Positions 32,101-40,571 of a stretch of 64,000 nt of DNA are shown piece after piece. The position numbers and the translations under genes are program-made. Source of the DNA: a virus (taxonomy: Duplodnaviria; Heunggongvirae; Uroviricota; Caudoviricetes); IMG/VR virus record IMGVR_UViG_3300031555_002194, positions 1 through 64,000 of that record. The stretch is one strand, 5' to 3'. The notes beneath the pieces were generated by a model. That model was not told where the DNA came from. It searched no databases and saw nothing but the letters and a program-made list of their open reading frames with translations. The first letter of the stretch is position 1. The number at the start of each line of letters is the position of its first letter.

Positions 32101-33402
32101 GTTAACAGAAGATTCTAGGCCTGTAACTTTATTAGAAACTTCCGATACGCTTTCTACAGAAGCCTTTTCGTCTAACAGATTATCTGTATCTTCTTTTGTG
32201 TAATAATTACTTTTTAATGTTTCAGGTAATCCATCAATAGCACCATGGATTTCTTCTAATTCTTTATCAACTTCTGTTTTATTATCATTGATTTTAGAAT
32301 TTAATGTTGACTCTAATGTTGATACAGCAGATGTAATATCTTTGTTGATTTCCTGTTGGAATGCCAATGTCCAATCTGCAGAAGGGTTGATGTCGCCAAT
32401 TTCTGTTGAAGTAATTTCCGTTTCATTGTTCATGAAACTCAATGTTCCTTTGCCATCAACAACTTCATATTTTACTTTTAAATTCGCAAGGCTATCGATA
32501 ATAACCTCACTAAGAATTGTCTGTTCCTCTTCAGACTCAACATCTGTAAATGTTAATTTGCCAGTAATATTGTCATAATCAACTTTTAGCTGTTGTAAAC
32601 TATCTATATCTTCACAGAATGCACGGAGTGATGATAGTTGTGCATCAGATTCTTCTTTTGTATAATGGTTGTTTTTGACATTTTCATAAATGTTAGGCTC
32701 AACCGCTGACTGAACATCTTTTGTCAGATTTTCTAAATCTGCTCTCATATTTTCATAAGTTGTCTCTGCGTTTTCTTCACTAGCCTTTGCGGAATCTGCA
32801 TACCATTTTGCATTTGTCATATAAGAAACCATCAAGTTTTCAAATGTAACATACCAGTCATTTGATGGCTGCACAATACCGCCATATGTTAACGCTTCTA
32901 AAACAGTAAGTCTACCATCTGGTTTTGTACGGAACTTATAGTTTTCATTTTTCTCATTTACACCAAAAGCGGTGATTTCAAATTGAACTTCACCAGCAAT
33001 GGATGTAACGCTTTCATTCACAAGCCAGCCAAATGTGATATGGCTATCACTGTATCTAACATTGACAACTTCGCTGACATCGCCACGACCATTTTTATTA
33101 TTCCAATGGACTTGGATAAACATGTCCATTAAGTCAATACCATCCCAATATCTGGGCATTTTAAATGGAATATATTGGCTGTTTGTTTCTTGTGTAATGT
33201 TAATTTGTGATGCATTTACACTGATACTCTTTAAAGGGTCAATTGTAGAAAATTCTTCGTCATAATACTTTTCATAGAATTTATATCTACCATCATCACA
33301 AATAACAAAATTTTCTGTAACAACATCGTCTTCAACAGATCTTTTCATAGAAAAAGTAGAAGCGTTTAAAAGGTTTCGTTTAGCTTCATTTAAGGATGCC
33401 AT
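26134..33402 (-). CDS. giant (2422 aa) tail fibre / host-adhesion protein
   Basis: A single uninterrupted ORF. β-rich, Thr/Asn/Asp-rich repetitive modules, no TM segment. It lies between a 235-aa gene (34129-33422) and further fibre genes. Confidence 0.6.
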   Translation of the reverse strand: MASLNEAKRNLLNASTFSMKRSVEDDVVTENFVICDDGRYKFYEKYYDEEFSTIDPLKSISVNASQINITQETNSQYIPFKMPRYWDGIDLMDMFIQVHWNNKNGRGDVSEVVNVRYSDSHITFGWLVNESVTSIAGEVQFEITAFGVNEKNENYKFRTKPDGRLTVLEALTYGGIVQPSNDWYVTFENLMVSYMTNAKWYADSAKASEENAETTYENMRADLENLTKDVQSAVEPNIYENVKNNHYTKEESDAQLSSLRAFCEDIDSLQQLKVDYDNITGKLTFTDVESEEEQTILSEVIIDSLANLKVKYEVVDGKGTLSFMNNETEITSTEIGDINPSADWTLAFQQEINKDITSAVSTLESTLNSKINDNKTEVDKELEEIHGAIDGLPETLKSNYYTKEDTDNLLDEKASVESVSEVSNKVTGLESSVNSQLASISSSVDTKVSALESSINTKLGAIESDVDNNEDNITALTEKVVELEETMNSFDNSPKTTYEATYDEEYLYTLWEIQGEGDNEVRTAKSSFKIAGGGGSSTSSVLKIEYVTTSPVIVTVDDKVEITYRFSGTDSSGDIVSEGDYTWRIGNRVIATGIATDGENTFDATEFISLGSQKLTLSITDSAGSLVTKTWTVQKIDIKLESNFNDTFPQSMGDVSFAYTPYGAISKEIHFILDGEELPSVTTSASGIPMSYTLPAQEHGAHFLEAYITATVNNVHVEPDHIYKDIIWFDSESDIPVIGCRTPEITVKQYDSTNIEYVVYDPSTETPKVTLAVDGNVVSNLTLTQNVNTWQYKTADVGDHVLTITCGDTVKTINVTVEELDITISPVLGNLAFDFNPIGRTNNGADRLWSDGDVTMTVSDNFDWVNGGYQIDENGDQYFCVKSGTNAIINYNLFSDDPKRNGKEFKLVFKTTNVRNRDTSFVSCMESGVGLDMKVEGATIYSSNKSLYSPYCEEDIIEFEFNINKDTDIPMVLTYEDGVGNRPMIYSADTSFMQLNAKPITIGSADCDVHIYRMKAYTASLSDRDILSNFIADARNADEMIARYNRNDIYEDGVLKPEVLAEKCPDLRIILIDCPWFTNDKDDKVPNTTIQMIYKGGDPVLDNWVCTGASHSGQGTSSNEYGYAGRNLRLIMNNDESEFTLGDGKTKTDKVTLTRNSVPAAFYNVKVNIASSENQNNAQLARRYNEFNPVVRPAKANDPKVKDTMEFYNCVIFVREYDPNISNHREFKDSDTYHYYALGNIGDDKKTDKTRMNDDSDPKECIVEITDYDVVLAEFPTGKDGICPESEWKAGNDAYDKLYAEYEYEAEVEDDGTTTYSFKSFGSKSYEFRYEKKGITDEQRQANIDAWREFYKFVVTSSDQEFHDRLHEYFIVDSALYYYLFTERYTMVDNRAKNSFWHYGKCDDGVYRWDLCFGYDMDTSLGIDNVGKLVLTYGKEDTDYYVDGDPTSSYIYRAAESTFFCRIRDLFKDELQAMFVNRESANAWSATSLIEQFDKAQSEFPEEIWRLDIQRKYLRTYLGISIDNSIEGAQTPRFLEEMLNGRKKYQRRMFERNQELYFATKYFGTTATADQIMMRFNNPVGAAIKQDFTLYITPYSDMYLGVKRGNTTPTNFRAKAGVEYTIPYDGDTADITLIYGASFIQAIGDLSKCYIGDNDFSKASRLQSLVIGSDANGYANTYLTQLTLGNNKLLEYLDIRNTTGINSVVDLSQCNNLVELRAENSGATGIIFANGGKLVSAYIPAVISLTMKNLNYLETFEMSGYNNLQFLIVENTPAVNTYNIINNAPMLNTLRLINMNWDASYNLENTSILDRMLTFRGVDSSGYTVDQSILTGTVHTTVAKEKSLQIYKDAWSDLNITYNTLVNQFTVTFVNADDNETILDVQYVDKGGYAVDPLTRTDNPIPTPTLESTVSTNFTFKEWDTPLTGQVFSDKVVKATYSESVRNYVVTYSSKGTVLQTTTAPYGSIVPYDEDLPLYTAEESAYKYYLFSHWDNSGLVDGNKNINAVFDSFEYSEGCFDNKELSEMSKVEIYAMMKLGLEQDVLTIKDSINFEIGHDFHADDIEETVIINEKTDFDGSNFIDTGIVLMETDCSWTLACDFSFAEGNADGATLMQCMQNNGMNGFKLYNSYTGVKLAWNNKTAIPANGTNREMLVLRHEAGSNTVHVYMSNISQEDISIETLVAPRVPEHNYSLILGAAKADDGFIEKHCKGTIYWCKLWKADLGDKVCSDIAQWTHEVIPMELAKFRAHYLANEHTKMSKMTFLATNLMSMNSIIYETSSNSGGWADSVLNRKLNTRLVKAISPLWKALIKPVVVSSSVGDKSSEVSNSNCYFYIPAVYDLDNSKNTEPYSYETNGCVSYITNPTMRKRAKVDTPDVYEEYWTRSPNVASTSYWWLVQADGTTYNIKSPNTNKYGVLLMFSFGV

Positions 33403-33421
33403 TGTTCTCCTCCTTTCTCTA

Positions 33422-34129
33422 TTATTTCATCATAGAATCAATGTCGATCACTTCGGAGCCTTTAAAAATTTTATCAAGATAAGTTACACCATCTGCTTCG
33501 CCATCCATATCAACATCAATCATCTGAGAGATTGTATGTTCAGAAATATCGTCCAAAGCAACGCCTTCGCCAGCAACGCCATTCATTGTAGCAATATGGA
33601 TCTTTTCATCATTAATAACGATGTCTGTTGCCATATTTTCATACATCATCTGACTCTGTGCTTCTAGATTCTGGCTTAACATTTCCAGAGCAATCAGTCT
33701 TTGATCGATGCCGCTAAACATTTCATCAATTTCAATATCAGACCAAGGAACAATAGGTGTGATTGTAATATAACCCTCTTGAGAATTTCTGTTTACCCAT
33801 TTCGCTTCTTCGTCAATAAACTGTAGGCTATAAATTCTGAATACAACAGCAATGTCACCAGCTTCGGATGTTAGCTGTAGATCGCCGGGAACAATAAACT
33901 GCATATAAGCATCATCTTTATATGTTCCTTTAACCAGTTGTAGCAGCTTCAGTTTATTTGAAATAGGCAGTTTGTACTCCATGTAAACAATAGCGTTGGA
34001 CATATCTATGTCTTTATACTGTTTGTGAATTAAAATTTGAATTTTATCTGCACAATTAGTACGCTGCATAATTGTTTCTTTGTTTGTAGTAATAACCTGA
34101 TTGTTATCATTTACTAAAAGTGTATACAT
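33422..34129 (-). CDS. hypothetical protein
   Basis: 235-aa ORF. Confidence 0.45.
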   Translation of the reverse strand: MYTLLVNDNNQVITTNKETIMQRTNCADKIQILIHKQYKDIDMSNAIVYMEYKLPISNKLKLLQLVKGTYKDDAYMQFIVPGDLQLTSEAGDIAVVFRIYSLQFIDEEAKWVNRNSQEGYITITPIVPWSDIEIDEMFSGIDQRLIALEMLSQNLEAQSQMMYENMATDIVINDEKIHIATMNGVAGEGVALDDISEHTISQMIDVDMDGEADGVTYLDKIFKGSEVIDIDSMMK

Positions 34130-34153
34130 CTTATTTTGTCACCTGCCTATTAA

Positions 34154-34876
34154 TTATTTCTTTTTTGTTAGAATAGGAGTTTTGCCTTTGCTGGATACAT
34201 CAAACCCACAAGCTTGAGCAATATCTCTGGTTTTAATATATGTGTAACCATCTTTGTTGATTGCGGATACGGTATAATCTAATCCGTCAACTTCAATGTT
34301 TATATTTTCTACCACTTCGTCGTCCTCCTTATATTTTTCGGGTACTTCAATAGACCAATAATACTTAACCTGTTTAGAGAAAATGTCCCAAGATGCTTTT
34401 AAACATTTTGCTTTTGTATTATAAGGGTCTTTAATTAAAACATTATTTCCGTCTAAAGCGTATACAAGAACATAATGTCCACTCGTAGTCCAATCGCCTT
34501 TACCCATTACAGCAATGAGCCAGTTTTGTTTTTTAAGTTCTTGTTTTGCTCTTTGATGAACTTCTGCGTTTGGCTTCCCATAACAATTTACACTGTTCAT
34601 CATTTCGCATTTAATACCATACTCTGCCATTTGTGGTTTGAAATATGCATAGTAAGTACCCTGACGTGGTGCTTTATAACCATGTTTGAGTGACCACGCA
34701 GCAGTATCAGCCGGAGTTACTTTCTTGTCAGCCAAAGAAGCAATTACCATAGCAGAACATGCTATACCACATCCTTCAGCTTTAATTGTTGTTTTTTCAC
34801 CTTTTGCAGAATAATCGTTGTTCGCCCAGCGTTTATCTGTCTGCATATAAAGCACAGGCTCTAGTTTTTTACCCAT
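34154..34876 (-). CDS. endolysin: papain-like Cys peptidase domain plus copper-amine-oxidase-N-like cell-wall-binding domain
   Basis: Catalytic-Cys context EGCGIACSAMV. The C-terminus IEVDGLDYTVSAINKDGYTYIKTRDIAQACGFDV resembles the Cu_amine_oxidN1 wall-binding fold common in Clostridia. RBS is AAAGGAGTGG. Confidence 0.55.
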   Translation of the reverse strand: MGKKLEPVLYMQTDKRWANNDYSAKGEKTTIKAEGCGIACSAMVIASLADKKVTPADTAAWSLKHGYKAPRQGTYYAYFKPQMAEYGIKCEMMNSVNCYGKPNAEVHQRAKQELKKQNWLIAVMGKGDWTTSGHYVLVYALDGNNVLIKDPYNTKAKCLKASWDIFSKQVKYYWSIEVPEKYKEDDEVVENINIEVDGLDYTVSAINKDGYTYIKTRDIAQACGFDVSSKGKTPILTKKK

Positions 34877-34933
34877 GTCGGAACCACTCCTTTCTACAAT
34901 AAAATAACCCTTTCATCAAACACGAAAGGGCGG

Positions 34934-35248
34934 TTAGTTTTCTTTAATCTCTTGTGCCTGTGTTCCTTCTACATTAATTCGTAGATTTGTAACAGCAGCT
35001 TTTAAACAAGTTTTAATCTGAATCATGTCAATTTTTAGATGCCATTTTTTAAGTTGTTCAACCATCATCTTTTCTGCTTCAGCCGCTTTGTCCTCGATTT
35101 CTTTTGTGATCGCCAGTTCATTTACAGCATCGGCAATTTGAACAGCCAGTCTCATTACAACTGCATTTTTAAAAATGGGCGCACCATATCTATACAGCAT
35201 AAATAAAACAATAATCTGTACAATTAATGTAATATCAAACATTTTCAT
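34934..35248 (-). CDS. holin-like single-TM protein
   Basis: 104 aa with an N-terminal TM segment and a charged C-terminus. Adjacent to the endolysin. Confidence 0.4.
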   Translation of the reverse strand: MKMFDITLIVQIIVLFMLYRYGAPIFKNAVVMRLAVQIADAVNELAITKEIEDKAAEAEKMMVEQLKKWHLKIDMIQIKTCLKAAVTNLRINVEGTQAQEIKEN

Positions 35249-35268
35249 ACCTCCATTTATTCAAAAAA

Positions 35269-35646
35269 TCACATATCAGGATATATATTATCTTCATTCA
35301 AATCAATAGTTTCGTATCTATAATCACTGCCATATTTTTTCTGTTCTTTATTAACAGCTTCTCTATGCATTGCTTCAATTTCAAATTTATCCTTCGATCT
35401 CTGACGAAAAGCATATGCGCCAAGGGCAACAACACCAAGATATCTAGCAGTAACAATTAACTCATTAAGAAAATCAAAGTTTTGGAACTCTATCATTACA
35501 TCAAGAACTCTATCAGTAAACCAAATTGCGTAAATCAAAACGCAGCCTGTAATAATTTTTGAGAACTCTTTGTGTTTTTTTAGATATGCTTTAAGAAAAC
35601 TATCCTGTTTCTTTTTCTTTTTTATTTTGTTTTTTGTGGTAGCCAT
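35269..35646 (-). CDS. small 2-TM membrane protein (holin/antiholin-like)
   Basis: 125 aa with a poly-Lys N-terminus and two hydrophobic helices. Confidence 0.4.
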   Translation of the reverse strand: MATTKNKIKKKKKQDSFLKAYLKKHKEFSKIITGCVLIYAIWFTDRVLDVMIEFQNFDFLNELIVTARYLGVVALGAYAFRQRSKDKFEIEAMHREAVNKEQKKYGSDYRYETIDLNEDNIYPDM

Positions 35647-35657
35647 ATTACATCACC

Positions 35658-36329
35658 TTAATCAAACTCTTCTTCTACAGACCATGTGTACATTTCTGGC
35701 TGTACATATTTCTCTACAAAAGAGTTGCCATTTACAGCGAAGTACTCCTCAACCAGACCTTCCAGTGATTCGAGTTCCATCTTGGTAATTCGTTTTGTCT
35801 GATGATGTAAGCGATATGCTCGCATGATCTTATCTTTCAGTTCAGCACGAATTCTTTTCTGATTCTTTTCTTCACTTTCCTTGAAACGCTCATCAGTCTT
35901 TTTCTGATTCTGATCAATCTTTTCACCCAGAGCATTAATAGCATCTGTCAACCTATCAAAACTCTCCATTGTACGACATTGCTGTTCATCATATTTATCA
36001 CGATACTCAACAGATACTTCCCAATGTTCCTCATTGGCTTTTTCGTAATCTTCAATTTTCTTCTGAAGATTAGATACTTCGCCTTTGAGTTTTTGAATGG
36101 TATTATCTTGTTCTTTAATAGTCTGTTCATGCTCATCAACTTTTTTATCGGCGTTTATAAGCATCTTTTTATACTCGTCATTTTTCTTTTTCGTGTTATA
36201 AATGCCATCTCCAAACGCTTTGATTTTTTTAGCATTCTTGACCAGAAGAATAACTACAATTCCAATTACAACCAAAATCACCAAAGCGATATTAGGAGAT
36301 AGTTCCATTACTTTATTTACGGTGTCCAT
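35658..36329 (-). CDS. TM-anchored coiled-coil protein
   Basis: The internal ATG (MDTVNK...) follows GGCGGTGAG. One TM segment is followed by a long charged coiled coil. Confidence 0.4.
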   Translation of the reverse strand: MDTVNKVMELSPNIALVILVVIGIVVILLVKNAKKIKAFGDGIYNTKKKNDEYKKMLINADKKVDEHEQTIKEQDNTIQKLKGEVSNLQKKIEDYEKANEEHWEVSVEYRDKYDEQQCRTMESFDRLTDAINALGEKIDQNQKKTDERFKESEEKNQKRIRAELKDKIMRAYRLHHQTKRITKMELESLEGLVEEYFAVNGNSFVEKYVQPEMYTWSVEEEFD

Positions 36330-36452
36330 TTTCTCACCGCCTTTATAGAAAGTGTTGCCATTTAATAAAGACCTCGCTTTCACGAAAAATAACCCAATAC
36401 ATCGGGTATTACAAACATGATGAAACATAACTTTCATCTCATTTATAAGTTG

Positions 36453-37106
36453 TTAAAAATCCTCTTTAATCCTTACAATATCGTCCAGTTCTGTGGTTGA
36501 ACTTTCGATAATAACCAAATCTGTAATAGCTCTGACTTGATGAATAGTGCCAGCAGGAATTCTCACAGTATCTCCAGTATGAACATTAAATTCTTTACCA
36601 TCAATTCTAGCAACGCCAGAACCGTTGACAATATGCCATGTTTCATTTTTCTTCACATGATACTGTAAAGAAATATTTTTACCAGCATCGATATGAAGTT
36701 TTTTCATAGCATACTGTTTCGTAATATCAATTAGGTATTCTTTACCCCAATGTTTATCAACAACAGTTAGACTATCTGTATGACCAGAAGAGATAAAGTC
36801 ATTTGCATTACAGCCTCTATCGTCAACATATATGTCTGCAGCCATCTTACCAGTTTGCATCTTATGGTACTTAACTCCCCAACGATGAAGCTGATCACAT
36901 GTAATGTCACTCCAATCAATTCCAGTTTCAGTGCCACGGGCTGTATAAAAAATAATTTCATGTCCAGCATCATACAGTTGATTTATTTTAGCAATCATAT
37001 CTTTATATGGTTTTGCGTCGAAATAATCTTTCTCCTGAGAGCAAATGGTACCATCGATATCAAAAATATACTTCAGAGGTTTCGTATTTGAATTTTGCAT
37101 ACTCAT
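36453..37106 (-). CDS. HAD-superfamily phosphatase fused to a cupin domain
   Basis: FDIDGTI is HAD motif I (KdsC/NANP-like). The C-terminal half (LHIDAGKNISLQYHVKKNETWHIVNGSG...) is a cupin β-barrel. Start is the ATG after AAAGGAGG. Confidence 0.6.
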   Translation of the reverse strand: MSMQNSNTKPLKYIFDIDGTICSQEKDYFDAKPYKDMIAKINQLYDAGHEIIFYTARGTETGIDWSDITCDQLHRWGVKYHKMQTGKMAADIYVDDRGCNANDFISSGHTDSLTVVDKHWGKEYLIDITKQYAMKKLHIDAGKNISLQYHVKKNETWHIVNGSGVARIDGKEFNVHTGDTVRIPAGTIHQVRAITDLVIIESSTTELDDIVRIKEDF

Positions 37107-37728
37107 ATTCCTCCTTTGTATCAATGTCAATAGTTTGTTCTTCAGGAATTTCAAGAAGAATTAAATCGTCTTTCAACATATATCCGTCTTCTTTAAATTT
37201 CTTTCTGTTGAAGATATGGAAGCAGTGGGCGCATTGAAGCCAAGGTTCAATTTCTTTTGTGGTTAGACGCTTGTAGTCAACATCTGTTACAGCATCCATG
37301 TTGTCGTTCCACAACCAATTTTGAAATTTCTTTGCGCTAGTACCATAATCTTTACCACTGTTTAAGAACTTACTGATTGCAGTAATAATAGTTTGTGGAG
37401 ATAGAAAGATAAGGCATGGATTGAGAAACATCAGATATTTTTCTGCCACATCAAGAACGTCTTTGAAGATGAACTGCAGTGGTCCTTCTGCTTCGGCAGT
37501 AGCGGGATCTCTGATAATAATTTGAACATTTGAATATTTCTCAGCAATATCAATTAGTTCTTTATCACAAATTAGCACATAAGTATTAATACCATAATAT
37601 TTTTTAATATAGTCCAGCTTCTTACAACAAATTTCAAACATACAAGTATCACCAATTGGTAAAATCTGTTTGTTTGGTAATCTATGACTGCTTAGTCTTG
37701 CTGGCACAAAAATTCCTACATGTCTCAA
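37060..37728 (-). CDS. CMP-sugar (acylneuraminate/Kdo-type) cytidylyltransferase
   Basis: N-terminus GIFVPARLSSHRLPNKQIL matches the NeuA/KdsB/PseF P-loop-like motif (PAR.GS.R.P.KN). Confidence 0.65.
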   Translation of the reverse strand: MRHVGIFVPARLSSHRLPNKQILPIGDTCMFEICCKKLDYIKKYYGINTYVLICDKELIDIAEKYSNVQIIIRDPATAEAEGPLQFIFKDVLDVAEKYLMFLNPCLIFLSPQTIITAISKFLNSGKDYGTSAKKFQNWLWNDNMDAVTDVDYKRLTTKEIEPWLQCAHCFHIFNRKKFKEDGYMLKDDLILLEIPEEQTIDIDTKEEYEYAKFKYETSEVYF

Positions 37729-38543
37729 TATAGAATGCCTCCTTTTTCTCGTGTATATCTACCACCGCCATTATTACAATAATAACAGGGCATATCAGGC
37801 GTATATTTTGCCTGAATTACATTTTTTAAAAATGTCAAATATTTTTCTGAATACAACATATCAGTTAAAGATTGTTGTTTTAAATTTCCTAAAATATAAT
37901 CCTTTTGATTTTTACAATCGCTTCTAACGTTGCAACAAGGGCTTACTGTTCCATCATAATTTACGCCAATAAAAAAAAGAGGCTCGTAACACGGAGCTTC
38001 TCTCTTATTTAATGAATATTGAACTAGATTGCCGCCACGATCAGATATTTTAGCAACTTCAGTCCAAGAATAATAGTATAAAATTTTCTTGTTGTAGTAC
38101 GTTCCAACAAAGTAATGGTCATATTCCTGAATATCTGACACATGCCATTCTTGCAGTTTGTTAAATACATATTCTTTCCCTTTGCGATCGTAGTCCATAA
38201 TCGTTAGTTCATCAATAAACATTGTTTTCAAGACTTCTTCTGTGATATAATCACCATTCGTATTAGACACTGTAATTGCTTCCGGAAAAATTTTTTTGAT
38301 ATATCCGATTGCCCAATTCAGTAAATTAACATCGGAAAATGGTTCATTATAACGTGAGAATGAAAATTTTCCGGTATAGCCATTTTGTTTTAATTCACAA
38401 AGAAGAGAGTGGAATACACTACTATCTAAGTATTTGATATCGTTCTGTCTATCAATATAACTGTTTGGACACCAAGTGCATTTTCTATTACAGTAGGAAA
38501 ATAGTTCAATTTCAACCAGTCTAAGATTTTGAATTAACTCCAT
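37725..38543 (-). CDS. radical SAM enzyme with C-terminal SPASM/twitch-like Cys cluster (paralog 2)
   Basis: Radical SAM CxxxCxxC motif is CNRKCTWC. C-terminal Cys cluster PCYEP...SPCCNV...PCYYC. Start ATG at 38543 follows AGGAGGG. Paralogous to the upstream gene. Confidence 0.65.
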   Translation of the reverse strand: MELIQNLRLVEIELFSYCNRKCTWCPNSYIDRQNDIKYLDSSVFHSLLCELKQNGYTGKFSFSRYNEPFSDVNLLNWAIGYIKKIFPEAITVSNTNGDYITEEVLKTMFIDELTIMDYDRKGKEYVFNKLQEWHVSDIQEYDHYFVGTYYNKKILYYYSWTEVAKISDRGGNLVQYSLNKREAPCYEPLFFIGVNYDGTVSPCCNVRSDCKNQKDYILGNLKQQSLTDMLYSEKYLTFLKNVIQAKYTPDMPCYYCNNGGGRYTREKGGILY

Positions 38544-38544
38544 T

Positions 38545-39525
38545 TTATCCCTCCTGTATTTCTGATGCTGCATCTTTTTGTTCAAATTCTTCGTAAATAT
38601 AATTCCAACCAGAAGGTGACCCATAACAATTAATATATCTCTTTTTCTGACAATATTTACAGGGCTATGGATAATCACCATAACGAACTCTGAGTTTTTC
38701 TCTAATCTTTTCTGCTTTTTCAGAATAGTAGATATCAACCAACGGAGTGTCTTTGATATTTCCAAGAATATATTCTTTGTGATCAGGGTTGTCTGGGCGC
38801 ATATGGCAACATGGCATCACAGACCCGTCATATGCAATAGTAATGAAATATTCTGGTTCCGGACATTCTCTGGTTCGTTTATTCATATTTTCAGACCATT
38901 CGTACTGTGGCAAGTCTCCTTGTTTAAAAAATCCGCCACGATTTTCTAGTTTAATATTTTTAGACCAGTTCAATTGAACAGTCACAGATTCCATATAACG
39001 ATGTATGCCATGCAGTAAATCTAGATTTTTATCATAGCCAATTACTAGCACGCCCAACTCTTTTAATTTTTGCTTCCAATATTCCAACCCTTTGTTGTCA
39101 TAATCTTGAATTGAAACATTGGTTAACATCATGTGTTCCAAATTTTCTTTTGTAAGATAGTCACCATTTGTGTTTGTAATATAACATATTCTGTCATCTA
39201 ACACGGAACGAGCTTCATCTATGCGTCTTCGTAATAATTCAGGATCGCTAAAACTTTCTTGATAACCAAGAAACGACATAATGGCAGATGTTCCAACAGG
39301 CTCTTTACCATCTTCTCTATCCGGGAAAAATAAAGTATTATCTTTACCAAAATCTGCTTCTTTTAATTGTCTAATAAGACTTGTAAAAACATCATCAGGC
39401 ATAATTTCTTTAAAACTTCTATCAAAAACTTTGTTTGGACACCAGTCGCATTTTCTATTGCAAAAAGATTGTAATTCGAGGTCTATTCTACGAATGTGAT
39501 GCAAGTTTCTTACTCTTTCACCCAT
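38545..39525 (-). CDS. radical SAM/SPASM-like enzyme (paralog 1) containing an in-frame TAG at 38665-38667
   Basis: Radical SAM motif CNRKCDWC. After the TAG the frame continues 40 codons (PCKYCQKK...) to TAA at 38545. This restores the PCxYC motif conserved in paralog 2. Confidence 0.6.
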
Positions 39526-40571
39526 TTTAAGAACACCTCCTCGTTGTTAATAATAGGACTTGGTTTTACCTTACTATCGTGCAAATAAATCAAATCACGT
39601 AAGAAAATAGGGTACGCATGTACAACTCCAAGAATATCATTCATCATTGTGGTTTCTGCTTCTACTGTATATTCGTTTATTAACGTTTCGCCATTGTTTT
39701 TTATTGTTTCTAATGCTTTCTGAAGCAGATCGTTATCATATAAAATATCACATCCATACATATCTTCAATGATATATCTATATTTTACAGAGCTAGGAAG
39801 ATGGATATATTTACAAACCTTTTTATATGTTTTAAAATCAAAAGGAAGAATTAAGCAAAATACCTTAAAGTCTTCGCTGATTTCTCCTTCCATCGCAAGA
39901 AGCTTTAAAGATACAATTCTATGATTGCCTTCAAATACATATAAATCATCACTCTCATCATCCATCGGAGCAACAACAAAAGGCCACCATGTTCCATTTT
40001 CTATAATAGATTTTGCAAGGCTCAGTTTGTCAGAATGCGCATCTCGAAGAAATGGGTCGTTTACAAAATGTCGCCATGTCTTCTGTGTGATAGTTGGACG
40101 AATATTCAACTCACTAATTGGAATAAATTTTGCCTGAATAACACCTGTTTTTAATAGATTTTTCAAATTTACATTTAAATAATCTTCTTCATACATACGT
40201 CGAACTTCTTCCAAAGAATATTCACGGCGATATTGACAATCTGAGTAAGATCTATTTCTATTTGGGACAGATTCTCTTTTTTGAATATCAAAAACAAATT
40301 CGTTTGTATTCATGTCAATATGGCTACTGATAATAGAATTTTCATATGACATAGATTTGTCATAATCTGTTTTGCTAATAATATCATGTCCAACATCTTC
40401 TCTTTTAATATATTGAAAATTCTCATCACACTCAAATCTTGAATCTAAAAAAGATTCAATATCAAACTGTGTATCATTTGGAGTTACAATTGTCAGAATT
40501 TCTTTATCTCTATTATCAAAGAAAACTATTATTTTATCATTGAAACTATCATTGAACAAGGTTGTCACCAA
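39510..40571 (-). CDS. hypothetical protein with weak ParB/Srx-like motif
   Basis: 353 aa. FEGNHRIVSLKLL resembles a ParB/sulfiredoxin-fold motif (GxHR). Confidence 0.35.
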   Translation of the reverse strand: MVTTLFNDSFNDKIIVFFDNRDKEILTIVTPNDTQFDIESFLDSRFECDENFQYIKREDVGHDIISKTDYDKSMSYENSIISSHIDMNTNEFVFDIQKRESVPNRNRSYSDCQYRREYSLEEVRRMYEEDYLNVNLKNLLKTGVIQAKFIPISELNIRPTITQKTWRHFVNDPFLRDAHSDKLSLAKSIIENGTWWPFVVAPMDDESDDLYVFEGNHRIVSLKLLAMEGEISEDFKVFCLILPFDFKTYKKVCKYIHLPSSVKYRYIIEDMYGCDILYDNDLLQKALETIKNNGETLINEYTVEAETTMMNDILGVVHAYPIFLRDLIYLHDSKVKPSPIINNEEVFLKWVKE

